This document shows, piece by piece, positions 57,942 to 64,000 of a DNA stretch of 64,000 bases. The notes under the pieces are model-generated. The model was given only the letters and a program-made list of their open reading frames with translations. It was not told the DNA's origin and did not search any database. How positions within the stretch are numbered: position 1 is the stretch's first letter; each line of letters starts with the position of its first letter. The position numbers and the translations under genes were made by a program. The stretch spans positions 124,001 through 188,000 of IMG/VR virus record IMGVR_UViG_3300022744_000020. One strand, given 5' to 3'.

Positions 57942-58481
57942 ATGGCAAACTCAGGCGATGGATTCACCGACAACGGCGTTATCAAGTTCAGTATCAATTT
58001 CCCCCCAAACGAGGAACGCAAGGATACTCCTTTGTTCACCAGAACAAGAAAAATCTTATCCAAAGACATCGGAGGTAGATGCTATGTTTGCAATCGAACA
58101 GCCAAGGAGTCTGGTTCTGCACTAGAAGCGCACCATCATCCGATCATGCGAGCTTTCATGCCGATCGTGGATTGGGAGAGGTTCTCCAAAGAAGCAAAAG
58201 CTGGTATTTGGGGTGCTCGTATTGCGTCCTTTGACTGGTCTAAGTTCGATCCGAACAACCCTGTAACCTTTGTAGACGACATGCGTTACAACGGGATGCT
58301 TCTCTGCGTTGATCACCACCGCACCGCAAATCAGGGCATCCATAATTTGCCGTACCCTCTGTTCATCGCCCAGAAATATGCGAAAGAAGGATACGTCTTC
58401 AGTGGCAATGAAGTGATTGTTCGAGGTCACGATACCGCCGCCCAACAAACGCTGACGGATATTGGTTTGTCCAAAATTTAA
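57942..58481 (+). CDS. HNH-like Zn-binding protein
   Basis: RCYVC...LEAHHHP...NGMLLCVDHH...GIH pattern. Confidence 0.5.
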   Translation: MANSGDGFTDNGVIKFSINFPPNEERKDTPLFTRTRKILSKDIGGRCYVCNRTAKESGSALEAHHHPIMRAFMPIVDWERFSKEAKAGIWGARIASFDWSKFDPNNPVTFVDDMRYNGMLLCVDHHRTANQGIHNLPYPLFIAQKYAKEGYVFSGNEVIVRGHDTAAQQTLTDIGLSKI

Positions 58482-58579
58482 TAGCGGTACATTATCAATC
58501 TGATTCGGAGCCATACTCCCAATCCGTCGTAAATCTTCAAGACGAAAAACTGAAGAAATCACGTTCAGAAGGATCCATC

Positions 58580-59197
58580 ATGCGTTTTCTCTCACTCTTC
58601 CGTCCGATCTGGATGGCAGCGATCTTCAGTCTGGCTGCGCTCTTCATCCCGATGAGTTCTCAGGCCCAGACCAATCACGGCTTCACCGTCACCCTCAACG
58701 GCGACTGGTATCTCCAAGTGGGGGATGTCCTGAATCAGAGTGATCCCGGAATCTCCATCGTCGGCCTGGAATACGGAACCGGTCCATTCCGTGAGGGTGG
58801 GGCTATTTTCCAGCACTTCACGGGCAACGCCACCGAACTCCAACCCTTCCCTGGCTACTCGGACTACTACGGTCTCAATCAGTGGGGCTTCAGCCCGGTT
58901 GCTCCTGGCGATCGTTTCTACTTCTCGGGTTTGGACCTGGACATTCTGCAACCGGGACTGATCCCGGATGGAAACTACATCGACACTGCCGGAGGCACCA
59001 TGCGCGATGCCTACGTGGAAGTGTTGTTCTCGGACGGCTTCTACAAACGGCTGAGTCTGAACAGCACGCCCTGGCTGCAAACGCAGATCCTGCAGTTCAC
59101 CGAACAGGTGAGCCCCGTGCCTGAGCCGAGCGAGGCCACGATGCTGATCCTGGGTCTGGCGATGCTCGGAGTGCATCGCCGTCGACAGAAGCGTTGA
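58580..59197 (+). CDS. PEP-CTERM sorting-domain exported protein
   Basis: Signal peptide ending SSQA; C-terminus VPEPSEATMLILGLAMLGVHRRRQKR = VPEP motif + TM helix + Arg cluster. Confidence 0.9.
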   Translation: MRFLSLFRPIWMAAIFSLAALFIPMSSQAQTNHGFTVTLNGDWYLQVGDVLNQSDPGISIVGLEYGTGPFREGGAIFQHFTGNATELQPFPGYSDYYGLNQWGFSPVAPGDRFYFSGLDLDILQPGLIPDGNYIDTAGGTMRDAYVEVLFSDGFYKRLSLNSTPWLQTQILQFTEQVSPVPEPSEATMLILGLAMLGVHRRRQKR

Positions 59198-59220
59198 TCG
59201 CTGACGACTGAAGTCTGAAT

Positions 59221-59252
59221 CAGAGTCCAAGCCGTAATCGGCTTGGACTCTG
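59221..59252 (+). terminator. Hairpin terminator
   Basis: CAGAGTCCAAGCCG-TAAT-CGGCTTGGACTCTG, 14 bp. Confidence 0.75.
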
Positions 59253-59267
59253 TATCTATTTTATTTT

Positions 59268-59293
59268 GGTCATATATACTCCCACTGAGTAGA
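59268..59293 (+). promoter_or_regulatory. Putative early promoter, copy 4
   Basis: GGTCATATATACTCCCACTGAGTAGA, followed by an AGAGC/GCTCT hairpin. Confidence 0.55.
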
Positions 59294-59336
59294 GCTAATT
59301 CGCTCTTACCGAGAACCCTCCTGTTAAGGAATTGAT

Positions 59337-59843
59337 ATGGCACGAGTAGAATGGTGGTTTGGGCGACCTGTGTTTTTCGGCGATCACGTGCGCAACGCAT
59401 ATTGCGGAAACGCAAGATTGATGGGTGAAGATTTCGGAGTCCCGGCCCTGAAGGAAATTTCCTCAGTTTGGGACCAATTCAAAGCCCCTGACTTCATGAA
59501 CTTCTTAGAGGAGATCTATGTTTTCATTGGCAAGAATCTCGAGGAGAAGCTTTCCCCGAATCAGCTCTATGCGGCAATCGCTCATGAGCTAGGACATTAC
59601 GAGTTCAGGCACTGCTTTAAACCCCCTAGGGATATGTCAGAGCGTCTGGCCCAGGAAATGGAGGCTGATCAATTCGCCATTTCTTTAGGTGCCGACCCCG
59701 AAAGCTTACTGGAAGTGATCGCTCTGATAAACGCGGAAGAGATTAAAGAGCTTTCAAAGACCAAGACTCCAGCCGAGATCGGCAAAATCTTGGACCAACA
59801 TTACAAGGACATGGGTCCCAGATACTTGGCTTTGTCCAAGTAA
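59337..59843 (+). CDS. Small M48-like zinc metallopeptidase
   Basis: AAIAHELGHYEFRH and EMEADQFAISLG; no TM segment. Confidence 0.75.
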   Translation: MARVEWWFGRPVFFGDHVRNAYCGNARLMGEDFGVPALKEISSVWDQFKAPDFMNFLEEIYVFIGKNLEEKLSPNQLYAAIAHELGHYEFRHCFKPPRDMSERLAQEMEADQFAISLGADPESLLEVIALINAEEIKELSKTKTPAEIGKILDQHYKDMGPRYLALSK

Positions 59844-59972
59844 GAAAAGGGGTAACCCCTTTTCTTTTTAGTATTAATTGAGTCTTAATAACAGCTTTAG
59901 CTAAAACACTTCCTTTTCTTAGGAGGCGTTTTAGCTAAGGTACTTATTTGTCTACTCCCTCAGTCAACCACC

Positions 59973-60407
59973 ATGTCATCTTTGCATCGACTTCACTTGG
60001 AAGAAAATCAGCTCGTCTTAGCCGGCGTCTTTTGTTTGAAAACCAAACTGCCCAGGTCTTTGGGTTGGGAATGGTTGAAGACCAAAAGAGGTCATCGGTT
60101 TAGTGTCTATCTCTCAGAGGGAGCCACCCATGCTTTATCTCTGTCCGATTTACACGCCATCAAGAGCGCCCTCTACCCTCTGATCACCCCTGAGGTCGGA
60201 GATGCTCTGGAGATCAATCGCTTAGGATCCATCGAAGCCGTTGAGCAAGAACACAGGGAGAATAACCTAAGTCGCACAGACTTGATAGCCATGACGGTGG
60301 AGACCACTGATTTACTGAGTGTGTTCTACCCCAAAATAAAGAGAGCTATCCGCTGTGCTGAGATTAACGAAAGGTGTCGGGACAATGTTATCCCTGGCGC
60401 AGATTGA
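59973..60407 (+). CDS. Hypothetical protein
   Basis: 144-aa ORF. Confidence 0.5.
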   Translation: MSSLHRLHLEENQLVLAGVFCLKTKLPRSLGWEWLKTKRGHRFSVYLSEGATHALSLSDLHAIKSALYPLITPEVGDALEINRLGSIEAVEQEHRENNLSRTDLIAMTVETTDLLSVFYPKIKRAIRCAEINERCRDNVIPGAD

Positions 60408-60657
60408 AAACATCAGACTGCAAATGGCAACCTCCTTCCCGGAAGTTACGGTGGAGGTGCGCAAAGATCACAATCTCATCTGTATCCATTGTGACGATTC
60501 GAGGGTCATCCCGCGATTGAGTCGGCAATTGGTTTACTTGCTTACAGGTACTGGTTATAACGCTAGCAATTACTGCGTCTTCCCAAACCTTTTGAGCCAG
60601 TCTCGGAAAGTGACTTACCGTTTGACCAAGACCCCACAGGGTCAAAAATCAAAATGA
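60385..60657 (+). CDS. Hypothetical protein
   Basis: Start MLSLAQIE; followed by hairpin AACTACTGG/CCAGTAGTT. Confidence 0.5.
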   Translation: MLSLAQIENIRLQMATSFPEVTVEVRKDHNLICIHCDDSRVIPRLSRQLVYLLTGTGYNASNYCVFPNLLSQSRKVTYRLTKTPQGQKSK

Positions 60658-60737
60658 TTTAACTACTGGGGCCAAAAGCTCCAGTAGTTAAATATGTTTT
60701 TTGTTCTATCGAATAGTACAACACCAGAGCACCGAAG

Positions 60738-61409
60738 ATGATCTTCATTTATCGCATCGAACATTGGAAGACTTCGACCGATCCGAGGTCTTTTGAAGCG
60801 GAACACAAAGCTAGAAGGTGCCTGAGTTCTGAGTATTTCGACCTGGGTCCTCGAACGAAAGAGTTCTTTAAAAAGCCCAGTAAGCGAATTAAAATCGGGT
60901 ACAAGTCACTCGACTACCTCAAGGGTCTGATCGTGGACCAGACGGGCTTTGAGAGGGCGGGGTTGGTCATTCGGGGGTATTATTTAAACCCAGTCCTCGC
61001 TGAAGACCAGATGGTTTTGTTCAGTAGCATCAAGGCTGATCAAACAAAGGACATGTGGCCATGCCGGCCTTCGGTCATGAACAAACACAAACCTTTTCCA
61101 ATCGCTGAAAAGGTTTATTGCGGTCGCCCGAGTATTTGGGGAAACCCATTCCCGGTAGAGTCCGCACCGCTGAATATCAAGAGCGCTAGAGACTGGAGCT
61201 GCGATGAATTCGATGCGTACCTGGTAAAGAATCAGACTTTAATTAATCGAGCAAGACTTAAGCTTCGCAACCTAAGTCCAGAATGTTGGTGTTTTCCGGC
61301 CAGGTGCCATTGCAATACGCTGCTTCGTGTAGCCAATTGCCGGGCGTTTATTCCCAATTTGTTTCTAAGGCTGCTTCCAGAAAATTCTGACGATACATTG
61401 TCAGAATGA
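60738..61409 (+). CDS. DUF4326-like domain protein with extra N-terminal domain
   Basis: VYCGRPSIWGNPF and ECWCFPARCHCNTL in the C-terminal half. Confidence 0.65.
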   Translation: MIFIYRIEHWKTSTDPRSFEAEHKARRCLSSEYFDLGPRTKEFFKKPSKRIKIGYKSLDYLKGLIVDQTGFERAGLVIRGYYLNPVLAEDQMVLFSSIKADQTKDMWPCRPSVMNKHKPFPIAEKVYCGRPSIWGNPFPVESAPLNIKSARDWSCDEFDAYLVKNQTLINRARLKLRNLSPECWCFPARCHCNTLLRVANCRAFIPNLFLRLLPENSDDTLSE

Positions 61410-61439
61410 ATTAACCACCATTGCCCTTAGGAGAGTCCC

Positions 61440-61814
61440 ATGCTGAACCCAAAAATCCGAACCGTCATTCTCCGATTGACGGGAACGAAAGGTACATACG
61501 TGAATGCGCATGGAAAGATTTCGCGTGCGTCCTTCTTTGTCATTTATCAAAGGGAGGAGGAGCTTTACGTTTGCCCCGCATTGGTGGTGATGCCATTTGC
61601 ATTGTCCCCCATCGAAGTTCGAGGTGAGACCATTCAGTTGTCCACGGACACGATTGGGGGTGTCGTGCCCAAAATTCCAAGTCATGTCGATCTGGGCTCA
61701 AGCCGCGAGGCTCTCTTTTGGAGAATTGAAAACTTCAATAACGCCCAAACACAACAGCAGCGCAAGATCGTAGCGTTGTTTGAAGCATCTTCCGGCGCGA
61801 TTTATATCGTCTAA
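61440..61814 (+). CDS. Hypothetical protein
   Basis: 124 aa, SD AGGAG. Confidence 0.55.
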   Translation: MLNPKIRTVILRLTGTKGTYVNAHGKISRASFFVIYQREEELYVCPALVVMPFALSPIEVRGETIQLSTDTIGGVVPKIPSHVDLGSSREALFWRIENFNNAQTQQQRKIVALFEASSGAIYIV

Positions 61815-61845
61815 GTACCGAACCATCCTGATAAAAGGAACTCAC

Positions 61846-62175
61846 GTGTCTGCTATTTCCAACGCCACCGAAATCATCACCACCGCGACCACTTGGTCGT
61901 ATTGGCAAGTCGACGAACGCCGAGAAGCTTTGACGCTTCAAGGACAAAAAGGAACCTTGGTGGTTTATAGCCATCAGCATGACTGGTCTGAAGTTAATCC
62001 GAATTGGATAACTCCCGACAATGGAGCCTTTCCTACCTGTGTGGTTGGCAAGTCTTTGTTTTCGGAAGGAAGCGAAGCGGAAAAACACGCCAGGCGTTGC
62101 GGATATCAAGTCCAGGTAGAACCTCAAGATTTGGCATCGGTCAAGGCGCAAGCGATGGAATGGTTGAAAATCTGA
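61846..62175 (+). CDS. Hypothetical protein, tandem paralog 1
   Basis: GTG start after AAGGA; GTLVVYSHQHDWSEVNPNW...AMEWLKI. Confidence 0.6.
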   Translation: MSAISNATEIITTATTWSYWQVDERREALTLQGQKGTLVVYSHQHDWSEVNPNWITPDNGAFPTCVVGKSLFSEGSEAEKHARRCGYQVQVEPQDLASVKAQAMEWLKI

Positions 62176-62546
62176 TGTCTTCTATCATCTTACCACACAC
62201 GATCATTGACACAAGGGACGATCGTCGCAATCGTGCGATGTATCTGATCGATACCATGAGCCGGTGGAAGAGAAACCCACTCGTGAGAACCCTGGATAGT
62301 TTGGCCATTCTGAGTAGCTTTGGGGTGCTCGTCGTCTATCGAAACGGTCACGCCGTTTCAGAGATCGATCCTGACTGGCTATCTGAAGATCATCCTATCT
62401 GGTCCGATCAACATGTAGGGATGTACCTCTACGAGGAAGGAAGCTCCCAGGAAATGCAAGCCAAGAAACAAGGAAAGCCACTGACAATTCTTCGCAGTGA
62501 TGCAATGGCGATCCAAGAAGAAGCCAAGCGCTGGCTGCGATTCTGA
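62175..62546 (+). CDS. Hypothetical protein, tandem paralog 2
   Basis: GVLVVYRNGHAVSEIDPDW...AKRWLRF. Confidence 0.6.
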   Translation: MSSIILPHTIIDTRDDRRNRAMYLIDTMSRWKRNPLVRTLDSLAILSSFGVLVVYRNGHAVSEIDPDWLSEDHPIWSDQHVGMYLYEEGSSQEMQAKKQGKPLTILRSDAMAIQEEAKRWLRF

Positions 62547-62567
62547 TCTCGTTTGAATTGCAACGAT

Positions 62568-62595
62568 GGGGCTTCGGCCCCGCTTTTTTTTTTTT
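62568..62595 (+). terminator. Rho-independent terminator (U-tract class)
   Basis: GGGGC-TTCG-GCCCC followed by GC and 12 T. Confidence 0.85.
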
Positions 62596-62748
62596 GACAT
62601 AAAAAGATCCGGGTGAGCCGAAGCCCACCCGGAGTTCGTCCACCCAGACGAAAAAAAGGAGATCGATGCTCACTCGATTCATTCCATACGATTATGAAAA
62701 AATACTCCAGTTCTAAAATCAAGTGTCAGACAACCAACCCCTTTGATC

Positions 62749-63747
62749 ATGGAACAATACCTCGACATTCTTCGACACATCCGAGAAAACGGCAAGCCTT
62801 CACCGGATCGAACTGGAACGGGCCGTACTCGAATCTTCGGCAGCATGCAGCGCTACAACCTACAAGACGGGTTCCCGATACTCACCTCGAAACAAACGAT
62901 GTTCAAGGGAGCCATCGCTGAACTCCTTTGGTTTCTGGAGGGTTCAACCAACGTCAATCGACTCAAAGAGATTGCTGGCGGCAACTTGAAATTTTGGGAT
63001 CGGTGGGCAACCGAAACGGGTGATCTGGGCCCGATCTACGGTACTCAATGGACTCGCTTTTCCTCCATCGTTCACGATGGAAACGGCGAGGCCCATTTCA
63101 AAAAGATCAATCAGATCGATGAGCTGATCAAGAATCTCAACGAGCGTCCTTTCTCGGCGCGACACATCGTCACGGCCTGGAATCCGGCGGACTTGCCGGA
63201 TGAATCCAAGAGCCCTCAGGAAAATGTCCGTGACGGAAAGATGGCGTTGGCAGCCTGTCATTGCCTCTTTCAGTTCTTTGTGGCTGAGGCAGACGGAGAT
63301 TCCCGACTTCGCCATCTGAGCGCGATGTATCCGAATGGTTTGGAGATCAGCGATCGCCAATACGATCTGTCGAACGAGCCCGGACTGCATCGCCTGTGTG
63401 ACGACTATCAGGTACCGAAGCTTCAACTGTCGTGTTTGTTGTTCCAGCGCAGCTCCGACAAATTCGTCGGAGAGCCGGTGAACATCGTCAGTTATTCCCT
63501 CCTGACGCACATGGTGGCTCAGGTCACTGGAATGATTGTGGGGGATTTCGTCCACATGGGTGGTGATGTCCATATCTATCACGATCAGCTTGAAGGGGTC
63601 GACGAACTGCTGAGCCGAACCCCTGGAAAACTTCCCAAGCTGAAGCTCAATCAGGGTGTGAAATCTCTGAAAGATTTCAAGATGGAGGACTTTGAGTTGG
63701 TGGGCTACGATCCCCAGCCGGCAATTGCGGCGCCTGTTTCGGTTTAA
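62749..63747 (+). CDS. thyA: Thymidylate synthase (ThyA) with internal insertion
   Basis: PDRTGTG, ELLWFLEG, GDLGPIYGTQW, SARHIVTAWNP, MALAACH (catalytic Cys), FQRSSD, N-I-x-S-Y, GDVHIY. Confidence 0.95.
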   Translation: MEQYLDILRHIRENGKPSPDRTGTGRTRIFGSMQRYNLQDGFPILTSKQTMFKGAIAELLWFLEGSTNVNRLKEIAGGNLKFWDRWATETGDLGPIYGTQWTRFSSIVHDGNGEAHFKKINQIDELIKNLNERPFSARHIVTAWNPADLPDESKSPQENVRDGKMALAACHCLFQFFVAEADGDSRLRHLSAMYPNGLEISDRQYDLSNEPGLHRLCDDYQVPKLQLSCLLFQRSSDKFVGEPVNIVSYSLLTHMVAQVTGMIVGDFVHMGGDVHIYHDQLEGVDELLSRTPGKLPKLKLNQGVKSLKDFKMEDFELVGYDPQPAIAAPVSV

Positions 63748-63759
63748 CCGAATAGGATG

Positions 63760-63791
63760 TAAGAAGTGCGGTTTCGATCGCACTTCTTATG
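63760..63791 (+). terminator. Hairpin (stem + TATG class)
   Basis: TAAGAAGTGCG / CGCACTTCTTA then TG. Confidence 0.65.
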
Positions 63792-63854
63792 CTGGCTACA
63801 GATAAGTCCCGGCCCAAATTCCCCTCCATTTCTTTTCCTCTTTCCTCCAACACC

Positions 63855-64000
63855 ATGCTAAAAATAGCGATTAAGCGCGACGGTACCCACGAAGCGGCTC
63901 AGCCTCACAAGCTCCACAACTGGGTCCAATGGGGCGCCGGTGAGCTTCTCGGTGATCGGATTGACTGGTCCGGCATTTGCATGGACACCACCGCTCGTCT
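63855..64000 (+). CDS. nrdA: Ribonucleotide reductase alpha subunit, N-terminal ATP-cone, truncated by window edge
   Basis: Manual translation MLKIAIKRDGTHEAAQPHKLHNWVQWGAGELLGDRIDWS...; IKRDG ATP-cone start; follows thyA. Confidence 0.65.
   Translation, partial: MLKIAIKRDGTHEAAQPHKLHNWVQWGAGELLGDRIDWSGICMDTTAR

Noticed and set aside
59897-59938. Inverted repeat TTAGCTAAAAC/GTTTTAGCTAA enclosing AGGAGG
   Set aside because: The SD-like sequence is too far from the next start to be sequestered meaningfully; probably an ordinary hairpin.
63290-63420. Intein or intron in thyA
   Set aside because: The ~45-aa insertion is in-frame, short and lacks intein termini (C/S start, HN end); it looks like a loop insertion.
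1-64000. tRNAs, reverse transcriptase/DGR/retron, transposases, chimallin, PhuZ
   Set aside because: No recognisable signatures in this window; nucleus formation is inferred only from lineage markers.

Overview
A 64-kb segment of a phiKZ-like jumbo phage (Chimalliviridae-type) genome, about 50% GC. Left to right: the truncated 5' end of an SbcC/Rad50 ATPase; a central spike plus PAAR tip; a virion RNA polymerase beta-prime subunit (phiKZ gp80-like); a degenerate NUMOD4/HNH protein; the exonuclease/motif-A half of a split family-B DNA polymerase (gp82-like); a pair of HExxH virion proteins; and a long virion module that includes a tandem array of acidic internal-head paralogs. Then come dTMP kinase, a cluster of small early-type genes, and a ~600-bp non-coding region with extreme pyrimidine/purine strand asymmetry. 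The remaining accessory region holds paralog families, a BCS1-like AAA ATPase, a PEP-CTERM protein and an M48-like peptidase, followed by thyA and the start of nrdA. The most striking unexplained elements are: a ~380-nt intergenic segment (49030-49404) with nested long-range base pairing that looks like an unknown structured ncRNA; a phage-encoded exosortase substrate (PEP-CTERM); a shared N-terminal motif in the head proteins, including a propeptide-only mini-gene; three P-loop-remnant genes sharing a C-terminal tail; and two distinct terminator classes plus a repeated bipartite promoter. phiKZ gene-number equivalences come from recalled motifs and synteny, not from a database search. Base pairings were checked by eye, not computed.
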